In this document: positions 26,311 through 39,070 of the stretch, piece after piece | Layout: each line of letters begins with the position of its first letter | Position numbering within the stretch: the first letter of the stretch is position 1 | Source: Callorhinchus milii | Lineage: Eukaryota | Direction: 5' to 3' | DNA: 64,000 nucleotides | NCBI RefSeq assembly: GCF_018977255.1 | Contig: NW_024704743.1 | Location: forward strand, 89,964,001-90,028,000 | Made by a program: the position numbers and the translations under genes | The notes under the pieces: model-generated | Told to the model about the DNA's origin: nothing | Database searches by the model: none | Seen by the model: only the letters and a program-made list of their open reading frames with translations

Positions 26311-26668
26311 AATAACAATAATCCTTGCATTTGATATAGCGCTTTATCAAGTCGTGGAGACGTATCAAAGAGCTTCACAAAATATACTGTAAAGTAAATT
26401 GACTGTACTGACTAAGTGTATGCGACACTATCCTGCGTGAGGGGCTGGATTGAGTGAGCAAATTTTGATTATTAGTTTTTTTTGAAGGGATTATTACCCA
26501 CGGAAAGGCGATTCACCAATTGATTAACAACCGGGTTCCTACTTACTGCTAGGTAAACAGAGGCATTTGGAGTAAGGAAACTTGCCTAAGGTTTCGCTCT
26601 GCCGGGAATCAAACCCAGGTACTCCTGCTTGTGAGGCGAGTGCTCTAACTAATGTGCTACAGGACTCC
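26311..26668 (-). mobile_element. tRNA-Ala SINE, full length, long variant
   Basis: The head reverse complement ...ggcgagtgctctaact...gctacaggactcc ends at about 26668, and the tail lies at 26311. Confidence 0.85.
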
Positions 26669-27419
26669 GATAAATAAGAGGTCTAGCCTGTGGCCGTTAA
26701 TTCTGGGAAGCTAAATGACAATGATGATATAGACTCATACACAAAATATCCTTACCCACAAGGGTTACACCACAACACTGGGCAGATATCCAAGTTCTTG
26801 TGCAAAGCATTTGTTTAACTCACCAATGTAACTTTTAAAAGACTGGCTTGCTGCTGTCCTCACTTAATGTTTAAAGCTCAATTGCATATTGACTTCCTAG
26901 AGCCATTCTTTATCCCTCTCAAATTAGACAAAACTTATTAAAAAAAACTAATCTCTCAAAGCCTTTCCCAATGAAAAAAAACATTAATAGAAACAGCGAT
27001 GTATTCAATGACTACAGTGCACTCCAATGACCTTTGGAGACTGCACATTCTTTTGGAGTAATTTGTTTTAATCAGTCACATAAGAAGGACTCTAAGATGC
27101 TACTCTGCATGGAGGGCGCCATATAAGTGCAAGTTGTTGTTGTTGCTGACTCACAATGTATCAGTAGACTCTGAACATAGGTCTCTAGAACCCTGAGTTA
27201 ATACTGCTTTAAGGGACCACAGTTTATTGGTAAAGTTAGTAAATCTGTCAGTATGTGCTCATAACTGTAATAACATATCCATTAATGCACTTAGTTCCCT
27301 CGTCAGCTCCCCACCTCACAGTGCTTAGGCAGCAGTATAAAGCGTTTTGAGATGTCCTCCAAACATAAAAGATGATACAAATTGTATTCTGTTCGTAGTT
27401 TTATGTGTTACAAAGCATC

Positions 27420-27830
27420 ATTTGGCTGAGTTAGTAGCACTCTGGCTCAGAGGTTGTGGGTTTCATTTCCACATCAAGTTCATAGTCCAGGCTGTCACGA
27501 TAGTGCAGTACTGGGAGAGCACTGCATTATCAGATCGCTGTCCTTCAAATGTCACATGAAAGCCAACTGCTTGGTTAGGATATTAAAGATTGCATGACAC
27601 TAATCTAAAAGCGAAGGGAGTTTTTTCCGATGTCCTGGCCAACGATCCTCAGTTAAATTGGCCATTCACATCATGGCTGTTTGTGGGATCTTGCTGTTTG
27701 CAAAATACCTGCGGTGTTTGCCTACAAAATACTATGTCACTATAATTAACCACAATTACTTGTAAATGGTTTTGAGACTTCTTCTACATTTTATGTGTTG
27801 TATCAAATATAATGATTAGTATTATATTAA
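27420..27830 (+). mobile_element. DeuSINE-like SINE
   Basis: Same block order as 1490-1912. Confidence 0.65.
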
Positions 27831-28454
27831 GTTTTGTGAGCATTGGGATTCTTGATAATGACATACAGAATGGAACTTGCCCGATTAAAAAAGTGTTGGC
27901 AGCAATTGTGGAATACGTTTCATGTTATTTTTTGAATTGGAAATGAATCTATAGCTGAAATCATTAATGTTGTGTTCTTGACAATGTTAGGATTGAAATA
28001 GGAAACTGTACAACATTCCATGGCACCGTGCAATTGTACAATTACTGTGTCACAAATAATCAGAAAAGACAAGGAAGCGAGATAGGTTACAGGAAGATTT
28101 TCAATGTAACTGCCAAGAAACTGGGTGTACTGGTAGCCAGCCAACAACTTAATCATGACAGCGCACAAGTCTCACCTCCCGGAAATGCAGGATGTAACAT
28201 GATAAACAAAGATGTGACCTAGATCCTGGATGTTACAATGTAAGTCAGATGATGTAACCAGTACCAAATGGCCTTGTCTGACTAAACCAATACAATTCTG
28301 TTTAAACCATGGATAAACACCAAAGGCAATTAAGGGAGGACGTAAACAATAACAACGACTTTCATTCAGCCTTTCACCTAGGATGAACTCTCTGAAGCGT
28401 TTCACAGAAATGAGTACTGAAGGAAACATTAGTTACATTCTGTAGAATGGCAGC

Positions 28455-29240
28455 TTAAACTCAAATGTAGTGATAATTGATCTGAATCAGAAAGTTGTGG
28501 GTTCAAGCTCCATGTTAGGACTTAAACTCATTGTTCAGGTTGGCACCAGTGCAATAATAAGGAAGTACTGCATTGTCAGAGTGATGCCTTTTAGATGAAA
28601 CATTAAACTGATGTGTTCAAATGCCTGTTCAAATGTTAAAGATCTACACCCAATTTGAAAAGAGAATAGTAATTCTTGAATTTGATTTTGCCCTGCAAAA
28701 TACTAAGTTTTTGCCTTGTCCGGGAATCAAACCTGTAGCTCAGTGGTTATATCACTCGCCTCGCAAGTGAGAGGAACTGGGCTTGATAATCCCTTCCAAA
28801 ATGAATAAATAAATCAATTTGGTCTCTCAATTCTCTTTGTGGGACAATGCTGTGTGCATTTGGCTGACGCATTTCGCCTACAAAATATACAGTCAATTCA
28901 TTCATTTTACAGTATATTCTTTGAAGCACTTTGAGACGTCTAGAAGACGTGATAAGGCGATATATCAAATGCCAGGATTTTTATATTATTATAACCTAGG
29001 TCTTCTCAATTGCAGGCGAGTGCTCTAACCAATACGCTACAGGACTCCGTGAGAAGAGAATTTCTCCAGTTGTCCAGCCAACATTACTTCAGAAAAAATG
29101 GTTGCTTGTGATATTTTACAAGAGTAAATTGCTGCTGCGTTTGCCCACAATAACAGTACTCATTTAACAGTAACTGCCTGTGAAGCACTTTGAGATTCCA
29201 ATTTGATATAATGCTATTTTTTTGATACACGTCTTTCTTT
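28455..29240 (+). mobile_element. DeuSINE-like SINE interrupted by nested tRNA-Ala SINEs (28710-29048)
   Basis: The 5' part lies at 28455-28680 and the 3' part resumes at 29050 (gagaagagaatttctcc...). Between them, a minus-strand SINE head is split by a plus-strand SINE. Confidence 0.6.
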
Positions 29241-29504
29241 TCTAGCAATTGTGTATCAGGCTTTTCTCAAGACCCCATAGCTCTTGATAGAATTTAGTTG
29301 CTGAGGTGTGAGATTGAAGAAAAATCGTAAATGCTGGGAATCTGAATTCAAAACAGAAGATGTAGCAAAGGCACCATAAGTTACTCAGCATCTAAAAGAG
29401 AAGGAAAGGTGAAACAATTTGGCTGTAACCCCATATCGAAGATGAATCACACTGAAATGATAGCCTATCTGTCTCTTTCAGTTGCTGATCAACCTGTTGT
29501 TAAA

Positions 29505-29808
29505 ATAATAATAATAATGCTTGCATTTGATATAGTGCTTTTCACATCTTCTCGACGTCCCAAAGTGCTTCACAGAATAGACTGTAAAGTGTACTGACTG
29601 TATATTTGTGGGGGAACGCGGCAGCCAATTGTTCAGAGCAATGTCCCACAAACAATCGTGGGTTAAAAATGACCAATTTATTATTGTTTGTTTTGGAGGA
29701 TTATTGTCAGGGCTGTGTGTGGAGTAAGGAAACTTCCCCAAGGTTTCCCGGCCGGGAATTGAACCCAGGTCTCTCACTTGCAAAGCGAGTGCTCTAACCG
29801 CTGAGCTC
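29505..29808 (-). mobile_element. tRNA-Ala SINE, short variant
   Basis: Head reverse complement ...cttgcaaagcgagtgctctaaccgctgagct and an (ATA)n tail. Confidence 0.9.
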
Positions 29809-30907
29809 CATACACTTGTAATGAGAGAAGCATTACGTTCTGAACCAGAACAACATGTGCTGCTTCACAGAATAACATTTTATTATTATTAGGATGACAC
29901 TTTTATTCTATTGCATACTTGTTCAGAAATAAAAGCACCTTAAGCTTTCATTTTCATTAAAAAGCCATTTTACATTGTATCCTTAAATATACTGCCCTAC
30001 TTTGTGAAGCACAACTAAAATAAGCACTTAAATTACTTTGGTGATGAGTTGGAGCAATCCGGTCTCAAATGAGCATCGAGAATCCAACAAGCAAATTGAA
30101 GAGACTAAATTTCAGACAACAGAATGGAAATTGCTGCTTCCAATTTTCATTTGAGCTGCTGTCGAGCTCCAGTTGTTGCCAACAATCAGTAACAGCATCC
30201 AACAAAATTATTCTTCAGTACAAGCGCGTTAACAGATGTCAACAACAAGGTACAATGATACAAAGCCTAGTCCCACACATTTTCATGAAATCTGATCTTT
30301 CTCCTTTTTAAAGGAAAATTCGTAGACAGTCAGCAATGTGATATTGCCACATTCTAATTTTTTGGTTGACCTCTGAATGGGAGCAATTGCCAACTGTTTA
30401 TTGGTCATTCACTGCCTGGTTGTTTGTGGGACATTGATATGTGAAACTGGCTGCCGCATTTTGCTCACACATTACGCAGTCAATCCATTTTACACTATAT
30501 CCGTGAAGTGCTTTGAGACGTCTGAATGACATGATAAGGTGCTATATTAAATGCAAGAATATTATTATTAAACCCACAAGTTTGTGTCAACAAACCAGTT
30601 CCAGTTCAAAATTGTGATCCTCAGCCCAAAGGCTTTCTGCAATAATTTTATTTTCTCTCATTTTTTTTTTTTGGGTGGGTCATCTTCTCTTCACTCATTC
30701 AGTTTCTTTATTCCCAGCACCATTCTTCCTGACATTATCCCGATAGACCATCTGTTCCCAGGACTCAGCCATGGCTTCTTTTTCGGTACAAGAGCGATGC
30801 TGTCAGATTCACCTTCTTAACTCCCCTCTCCCCACAGTAGACCTATTACCTAACATGATAAATCCGATCTGGACAGGAATTCAATATGAAGGAGCATTGG
30901 TATTACA

Positions 30908-31540
30908 TAATCATAGAAATTTATAGTGTAGAAGGAGGTCATTCAGCCTATTGAGTCTGCACTGGCTTTCAGAGCAAGGTGTTTATTCAGTCCCATTGCT
31001 CTGTCTTAGCCCTATCCTTCTTCATACCTCTAGCTTTCATATACCTGTTTACTATCCTCTTGAAACCCACAATGAACTCTGCCTCTTCCACCTTAGTCGG
31101 CAGGGCATTCCACATCCTAACAACTTCCTGAGTGAAAATTTTTTCCTAAGCTCTCCTTTTACTCCTCTTGTGACTATCTTATGGAGTCCTGTAGCTCAGT
31201 GGTTAGAGCACTCGCCTTGCAAGCGAGACACCTAGGTTCAATTCCCAGCAGGGCGAAACCTTGGGTAAGTTTCCTTACTCCACACGCCTAATAATAATCC
31301 CTCCAAAACAAAACAATAATAAATTGGTCATTTTCAATCCACGACTGTTTGTGGTACACTGCTGTGCGCAATTGGCTGCCGCATTTTGCCCACAAATATA
31401 CAGTCAATTCACTTTACAGCATAGTCTGTGAAGCGCTTTGAGACGTCTTGAAGACGTGAAAAGCGCTATATCAAATGCAAGGATTATTTATCTTATAACT
31501 GGGGCTCCGATTCACTGCCTGCCTTTCCAGTGAAAATAGC
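30908..31540 (-). mobile_element. CR1 3' end interrupted by a SINE
   Basis: atcatagaaatttatag...gaaggaggtcattcagcc tail, and ggcagggcattccacatcctaacaac. Confidence 0.7.
31183..31488 (+). mobile_element. Young tRNA-Ala SINE, short variant, with an 8-bp TSD
   Basis: Intact head with the CTCGC-CTTGCAA-GCGAG anticodon arm. TSD tatcttat at 31175-31182 and 31489-31496. Confidence 0.95.
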
Positions 31541-34314
31541 ATTATCAGAGAAAACTTTTCATCTTACACACTGGGGCAAGACATTAATAAGTCTAGTAAT
31601 AGTTTGAATTTTCTCTTGAAATTATGTGCAAATTCTAGAAATAACCAAAACTTTCTTTTTGTGCACTACTTTGTTTTCCCATCATGTGCATTTTTTTCAG
31701 GGAAACTTGCTTTATGATCTGTTGAAGCTAAACGTATCAACATATACTGTTCCCGATGTTACTAGCACATTAGCGCAATGCTCTACTCCCAGCACTATCT
31801 GCTCAGTACCCTTATACAAATGTCATTTTGTTGTTGTGCTTGGTGTGACTTCATTCCATCCTATGTTTTTTTTGATCACTACGGTAAGAGCTTATTGGCT
31901 ATAAATATGGGCATGTGATTTACTTTTGCCTGAGAGTAAATCCCCATTAACAAATGTATTTCATTGTGTATTTGGTTAGTTAAAGGAGGAATTCACAGAA
32001 ACAAGGTGTGTACCTAGCTTAGTACTATACTGTAATGTACTTGGCGCCACTCACTGATTCCTCTCAGGATTCTGTGATGCATTTTCAAATATGAATTTCA
32101 GACAATCAGGAAAAGTCTACAGTAAATTTACAATTTGTAAAATAACATACCCCAATCCAGTGCTAACATTTCTTATCCACACAGCCTGTGTTTGCATTTT
32201 ACCCCCACAAGCACAACAGATGTTACTTTGCTAATAAATGCAAGGGACTAGCAAATAACCCACTTATATTTGTAAGCACAGAGGCTTTTTTCTCCTTTCA
32301 ATGCTTAAATTCTTCACTCCATAGAGTGCCAAAAGTCATAATAGAAGATGGAATGTTTTCCAGAAATTATTTTAACACCTTTAAATAAGCATTTAATAAG
32401 CAAGGGAAGAAAGACTGTCTAACTCTAGTCACACAGGCACATATATATAAAACATCTGCTAAGGTATATTGCAAGCAGACTGTCAGAAGTTTCAATGCAT
32501 TTGTGCAAAGCTTACCACTGACTGAAATTTCCTAGATTATATCCATAACAAATGGATATGCTTATCAAATGGATGTCAGTCCTTTTACCATAAAACCTAT
32601 TGATGCATTTTAATAATGAAGGAACAAGAGAAACAACCAAAGAATGGCTTACACTTAACTGACCAGTTCCCCCTTTTTTTAAGTTTACTTATTTCCTGGG
32701 GTGGGAGGTGGAGAAAGGAAAAAACACCTTTCACTCTAAATATTGAATTCTGATTAGGATTCCTCAATGACTTTGAATCACAAATTGTCAATAACTTTCA
32801 ATAACTGGAAGTACGTCATCCTGACCCATTGGAACTCTGGTTGCAGACTGCTATGGAGAAGAGTTCCTGCTATGGAGAGGAGTTCCTGTGAATTGTAGTT
32901 GGCAGTTCCAGTTACTCGAAGCAGTCAGCATCTGCAACTCAACGGCTCTTACTGAGGAATCCTGGTAAGAATTAGACTCTAATAAATGTCATCTGAGATC
33001 AGAAAGGTTGTACCTTTTAGGAAATGTGAAATCTATGGGCTATGTTGGGCCAATTTCAGCAGTAAATTTTCAGTGAACAGACACTGAAATCACAAAACAT
33101 TCACAACACTTGCTTCAAGTAAGATAGGCTTTAGAATTTCATGCACTGATGATTTAGAAAGGTGCTACATGTTATTTATTTGTCCTGTGGTGCTCTTGAT
33201 AGGTGGCAGTGAACAATAAAACACCTGTGCATTGTTTGTTTGCCTCCTGTTTGACGTACAGATCTGGCCTTATATGAAGAAAAGGAAACATAAAACCTGG
33301 ATAACTCAACAGAGATTTGGGCACTGAATGAGAGATTCTCCTCCCCCAATGCTCCCCAATTATTTTCAAAACTAACCATGAAACCACATTCAATCCCAAA
33401 ACAGAAAAATAATTTGCACTCTTCACTATTATCAATCACATTCAAGTAAAAATCATTCCATTGCCAATGTTTCACTACCTAAATTATCTTGCTAAGCAAA
33501 TATGTGCATTCCATTGCTTTTGCTGTATATGTTACAGTTTGAAGAACCAATAATGAGTATTCTGCCACTCGTGTTTGAGGACGACCTGTTCTCACAATAG
33601 TTTTCTGTGCCTTTTGAAAAATAATCTTCAACTCTTCAAGTTCAATATGCTCTGATTGACAATGCAGTTAAAAGCAAAAAAAATCAGTTACTTTCATCTT
33701 CCTCTTCTACACTATGAATCCAAAATGACTGTTATTAGAGAACGTTATTAACTCCAGGAAATCTGCAGCTGCTTTTAAATAATGCCGTATTAAAATTTGC
33801 TGTTGCTTTGAAAACTTAATTCCTAATGGAATCATCTGTAAAGAAATAATGGTTTTGTAGCCCACAATGTCAATTCCTTGTTCCAGCCAGCTATCGGCAA
33901 ACTGTTGCAAGTTATATGAACTGGCTCCTATGAATCTTTGTAGAGAAAAGAAAGTGAAGATATTTTCTTTCCAGCTTTTCTTTTGTTCATGTCGTACAAC
34001 ACAAATCAACACATTCACAACAAATAATAATTCAGCTTTACGAATGACTGCAAATGGAAACAAATTAAATTAGGATAGAAAACATCTGTTTCTTCAAGAT
34101 CAAACGATTGGTTTCCTTCAAAGCATTTTGCAGCTACTTTCATTAATTGGGATGCATAGCTGTACACATTTTGAATGAAAAGAGAATGAGAAATGAATAG
34201 CAAAGTGCCTAGGTTTTTACATCATTGGATAAGCAACTCATCAAATGGTCATTCAATAGCAATAGGTATCTTCAAGAATTACTGTAACAAATAGAATGAA
34301 AAGGTGAGACCTAC

Positions 34315-34556
34315 CTGTTTGGCTGAGCTGAGAAGTGCTACGACTGCGTCTTGACAGGCCGACGATAGCCACCATCTTGGCTCCAATGCTCGATCGACGC
34401 TTCTTGCTACCCGTGACAACTGTACCCACTGCCGTGTCGGACTGGCTGCCATCATTTTTCTCCAAGCTGCACATGTCTCCGCTCACGCTGGTGCTTTTCG
34501 TCATATTCTTTCCTGAGGGCCCCATCTGTCTGCTTTGCAGTTTGGATGTAAAGACA
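34315..34556 (-). CDS. RIMS2: RIMS2 internal coding exon (242 nt, phase 2 to phase 1)
   Basis: Minus strand reads cctcacag|TGTCTTTACA...CAAACAG|gtaggt. It translates (S)VFTSKLQSRQMGPSGKNMTKSTSVSGDMCSLEKNDGSQSDTAVGTVVTGSKKRRSSIGAKMVAIVGLSRRSRSTSQLSQT. The segments KNMTKSTS.SGDMCSLEKNDG and SSIGAKMVAIVGLSR fit RIMS2 rather than RIMS1. Confidence 0.96.
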
Positions 34557-36249
34557 CTGTGAGGCGTTGGTACAGATAAATAGCATGGGCAGAAGTACGG
34601 GGTAAAAAGGAAAGAGGAAGATACAAAAGGACAGGTTTCAGCCAGAGGGTCTGGGAAATTGCAGGGTCAAAGTGATTCAGCTACAAGGTATTCTAAAGCA
34701 AGGATAACACAGTTTCACAAGTCTCTACACTAGTAATGAACTATAGAAACTACTGAATAAAGTGGCCAATGTTCCTAACATAGGATGAGATAGCCAACTT
34801 TTGAACACATGCAGCAGTAGATTTTATATGAAAACGTTTGTATGTTAGCATTAAGGAGATACATGAAAAATTTAAAATGTATCGCTTTGTCATTAAATCA
34901 TGCTTGATAATGACATGTTAAACAGCTAAATATTCCCACTTGTAGATTTAAATATTACCAATAAAAATAGTTCTTCTTTAAAATAAATGTTGGTTTGCTA
35001 CTGTTATTCTTGAAATATTTGAGAACAGATCCAGTGTTAATAGCTTACAAGGGTTTGCAAGAGCCCACTGATCCGGGAAGGATTACACTCACACATGCTC
35101 TGTTATGATGCAAGTTCAATGAGGTGAAAATGTAAGGGCATTGTTAATGGAGTTCGAATGGAGAAAACATTTTTTTGTTTAGGCCATAAATGTTACATTA
35201 TTGACAGCGTGAACTTTCAATGGGAAAAGCCCAAGACGCATGAAACATTTTTTAAGAGCTAGATTGCTTATTTTAGAGGAGAGAATTTATACTTGTACAG
35301 AATGTAGATTATATTGCCAAATTATCAAACTTGTTTTTGGAGTTTACTAATGTGCGAAAGAAACTTTCTGATCCTTTGCATTGGGACTAATGAAAAAAAT
35401 GTCAAAGTGAAGCATTGTCTTCATTAATATTTCTCACCTGCAGAGACTGAAATAACTGCAGTAAGCCTTGCACTCGGCAGTACACGTGAGATTCCTGACA
35501 TGTGGTTACAAAGGGCAGATCTTCCTCATGTGTATCAGCAGAAATTTGCTCTAAGAAGTCGAAAGCGACGGTCTGGAACAAGTCCTCATGACAAAGCTAA
35601 TTGCAGGGGTACGATAATACTGAATTCTCTATGAAACTGTTCAGATAAAATCTATGCATATTACACTTTTCTTTACTACACTGATCTCATTTAATCCTTA
35701 TCCACTCTGGCCTTGAGGGATTTCAGAGAAGTAACCAGCAATACTGCAGTAAAACCACAACTTGTTCTAGCTTCTGTGCAAATGTCTGTCTAAAAGTGTT
35801 AATATCCAAGCTTCAAGCCCTAAAGCTAGGGCTGCATTTATGAATCGGTTGCCAAATACCAGCAATCTGTCGGCAGTTAATTAAGATAAAATCTTCCATA
35901 ATCCTGGCCAATAAATTAATGAGCGTTTACTGAATGCTCTCAGCTCATCGGACAAATACTGGGGTCCAAAATATGCAAAGCAGATGGAGTTGCATTAATT
36001 GCAACTTCCAGCTTGCAAATCCCTCATTGTGAATTTTTTTGGGGGGCGGAAGGGAGGCAAAATTTGCATATGATAAGCTGGTAAAGTCCAAACAAAGCTT
36101 GTGAATGAAATATTGGTGGGAAATGGCAGTTGCTTTGCTCACCTGCCCCATTGTTGGACCCTGCCCGATTGTGAATATCACATTTTAGATCCAACTACAT
36201 TCACTATTAAAGTGAAACAAATTGCTGTATAGGAAATGTGGGAGTATAT

Positions 36250-36470
36250 AACAGCAACAATCTGGAATATACTGCCTGAAAGGCTGGTGGAAGCAGAGTC
36301 AATAACTTTCAAAAGGAAATTGTATATATATTTGAAAAGAAAAGAAATGCAAGGCTATAGGGAAAGAGTGGGGGAGTGGGACTAATTGGATAGCTCTTTC
36401 AAAAAGCCACCACAGACACGATGGGCGAAATGGCCTCCTTCTGCGTTGTAGGATTCTGTGATTCTATAAT
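36250..36470 (+). mobile_element. CR1 3' end
   Basis: WNILPERLVEAESITFKRKL remnant, gatgggcgaaatggcctccttctg and a (gattct)n-type tail. Confidence 0.8.
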
Positions 36471-37231
36471 GTAACCTATAATTACCTAACTATCTTGTGG
36501 AGGATAAAAATACCAGGAATAATGGAAATCAAGGTCTTCACCGAAACCAATAATATACATTTCCTTTTCAGGTTGACTACCTGTATAGTGTTGCCTTTAT
36601 TTTAGTCTCGTGAAGAATGCTAGTTTGCTCTTAAAGTAACAAAGCGATTGTTATATGAGATATAGTAGTCATTGTCCTTAATCACTTGACGGATAACACA
36701 TGTGGGTGGCGGGTATACAGAACTCCTTAATTACATTCAGTTTAATTATATCTGTTCCTTAATCAACAAAGGCATCAAATTTGATTAAATTTAAAACCTG
36801 CCCCTTTAACAACAGATTCAAAACTGAGCCCCACTCCTCCCTGTCCCGGATTGTGGATGGTTTCATCCTCAGGCTCTTCAGACNAAAAAAAGGCTCCGTT
36901 TTTTGTTTAAACAAGCCTGGAGCTGGACAGACAATTATTCCCAGCCATGGGAGTAGAGCTTCCGCGATGGGAACAATTTCAGGAAATCAATAAATTCAGG
37001 CCGCAAAACAGATTTAGAATCTGGAGAGTCTTTGGATAGAACTGTTCTCCTGCACACACAGGGCAGGCGTTCAGTCCAAAAACAGGATAGGTGACCATTT
37101 CAATCATGCCATTTAATAAACCATTCCTTAATAAACAAACAGAATTCTTTATGAATACCATCAATTTCTGTACTACAATTGTCGTGCTGTGCATTTCAGT
37201 GTTAACAATTTTAATAATCGTAATAATCTTT

Positions 37232-37334
37232 ACAAAAGCAGAAGTCGCTGGGACCACGCAGCAGGTCAGGCAGCATCTATGGAGAAAGGAAAGTGAGTCA
37301 ACGTTTCGGGTCCACGACCCTTCGTCAGAACTCA
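37232..37334 (-). mobile_element. Penelope-like element terminal fragment containing a minimal hammerhead ribozyme motif
   Basis: Minus strand reads CTGACGA-A-GGGTC-GTG-GACCC-GAAA-CGTT-GACTCA followed by ...tccatagatgctgcctgacctgctg..., the typical vertebrate PLE terminal repeat layout. Confidence 0.75.
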
Positions 37335-37344
37335 ACCTTCCTTT

Positions 37345-37540
37345 GTTTTTTAAATGGTGCCACAAGATCTTTAACGTCCACCTGAATAGGCAGACGAGAC
37401 CTTATTTTAGCAGCCGATTAGAATGACGGCAACTTTGGCCATGCAATGAGTGTCAGCCTAAACTACATGAGCCTCATTATGGGGCTTGAACCCACAACCA
37501 GTCAGAAGCAAGAATGGTACCAATTGAACCAGAGTAACAT
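37345..37540 (-). mobile_element. DeuSINE-like SINE 5' part
   Basis: gatctttaacgtccacctgaataggcagac...ggggcttgaacccacaacc is the reverse complement of the head. Confidence 0.65.
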
Positions 37541-37768
37541 ACAGGATTTAAATAATTGTACTTTTTATGTTATTACAATATTAAATTAATGTGAGCATGG
37601 GGGTTGAAATCACTGGGGATAATTAACGAATGGAATGATTTATGAAAACTGTAGTATGCAACCCCAAGAGACAATAGATTCAGTCAATTTTATAACTATT
37701 ACTGAATGCGTATGCTACCTGAAACTGGTAGTTTACTATAATGCAAAAAGGACTGTTTGTCTCCTTGA

Positions 37769-37967
37769 AACAACAACAACAAGATTGCATTTGTACAGCG
37801 CCTTTCACGTCGGGAGGACGTCTCAAGGCGCTGGACAGTGTACATTATTTCAGACCCGAGCTGGGGTCAGGGGAGGGAAGGGGGGCTTGGCCGATGGCAT
37901 GGTCGAAGAGCAGGGTTTTGAGGCGGGACTTGAAGGAGAATAAGGAGGGGGCGAGGCGGAGTGACTG
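37769..37967 (-). mobile_element. 5'-truncated L2 3' end
   Basis: (CAA)n tail and stem-loop gcgcctttcacgtcgggaggacgtctcaaggcgc. Confidence 0.85.
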
Positions 37968-38514
37968 AATTCCTACTGAATAAGGGGGCTTTTATTCCTT
38001 AGTTTTTTACTCTTAAATCCTTAATATTTCCTCAGTTTATTTCAACGTCTTTATAAGTCACAGTGTTGTGACATTGTGATGTTAACCGTATGGTGATAAG
38101 TAAATGGTGTTATTTATTTTCCAGCATGCAACACTACCACTGTACTATACTGTACCATATTCCTAGGAACAGATTTAGTCCACTACAGAATTATTATAAT
38201 TTTCATTAATGCTTAATTGTCAGTGAAAATTGAGGAAAGTTCAGATAATGCTAACAATAAGAATAATAAAGGAAAGTAATCATATTTTGTACATCTATTG
38301 AATATTGCCCTTTCAGCTGGATTCATAAATCTCCAGAGTTGACAGCTGAGAGTACAGGTCAAGCTTTCAAAATATTTTTTTAAAAATTCAAAGCTATTTA
38401 TCAAGGAAACAAAACAAATGCATTTGTTTATCAAAATAAAACTGACAAGAGTGACATTACTGCTTCTCTCTTGTAATAGCTTCCCTGAAATAATTGCCAA
38501 TAGATGCTGAACCA

Positions 38515-39070
38515 ATCCTTCTGATCCCACATCTGGTCCCTGACCAGGACCACTTTCCTCCACCTCCAAACCATTGCCCGACTCCGAATGTATCTTACAC
38601 TCAATGCAGCCGAGATCCTTGTCCATACTTTCATCACCTCCCGCATTGATTATTCCAATGCCCAGTCTCCCCAGCTCAACTATTCATAAAATTCAACTAA
38701 TTCAAAACTCCCTCTGCTCATATACTCACCTGCTCTAACCTCCATACCCCAAACACACCAGTCTTCGACAGTTTCCACTGGCTCCCTACCACAGAATACA
38801 TAAACTTAAAGGTCCTCACACTCGTCTACAAATCCCTTCACGCCCTTACACCTACCGATCTCTCCGACCTACTTACTCCCTACTCCGTTACCCACCACCT
38901 CTGCTCGGCTCGTTCCGACCTCCTGCTTGTCCCTTGCACCATCGGCAGACTTGCTTTCAGCCACTATTCCCTGAAACTTTGGAACTCTCCCTCAATCCCT
39001 CTGCCTGGCCCCCACCTTCCCCTTTTTTAGATCATTCCTGAAAACTTTCCTCTTTTACTTTCACTTCAGA
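38515..39070 (+). mobile_element. Old L2 ORF2 3' fragment
   Basis: Degenerate [15 protein letters not shown] / FHWLP-coding sequence. Confidence 0.75.

Larger units (their letters stand above)
1..34314 (-). other. RIMS2: Large RIMS2 intron downstream of the 242-nt exon; the next exon was not seen in the window
   Basis: Follows the GT donor at 34314-34313. No sequence encoding the expected next segment (GGKKLRSTVQRSTETG-like) or the C2B domain was recognised, and the region is repeat-dense. Confidence 0.7.

Noticed and set aside
28080..28262. Recurring GATGTAAC/GTTACA words
   Set aside because: They are short and irregularly spaced, and I cannot distinguish them from chance or a decayed repeat.
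31183..31255. tRNA-Ala(TGC) gene
   Set aside because: The tRNA-like sequence continues into a SINE body and tail, has a TSD, and recurs many times, so it is a SINE head.
34335..34562. Plus-strand 75-aa ORF
   Set aside because: It is antisense to the RIMS2 242-nt exon and has no independent support.
36880..36890. Single N base next to an A run
   Set aside because: It is an assembly ambiguity, not biology.
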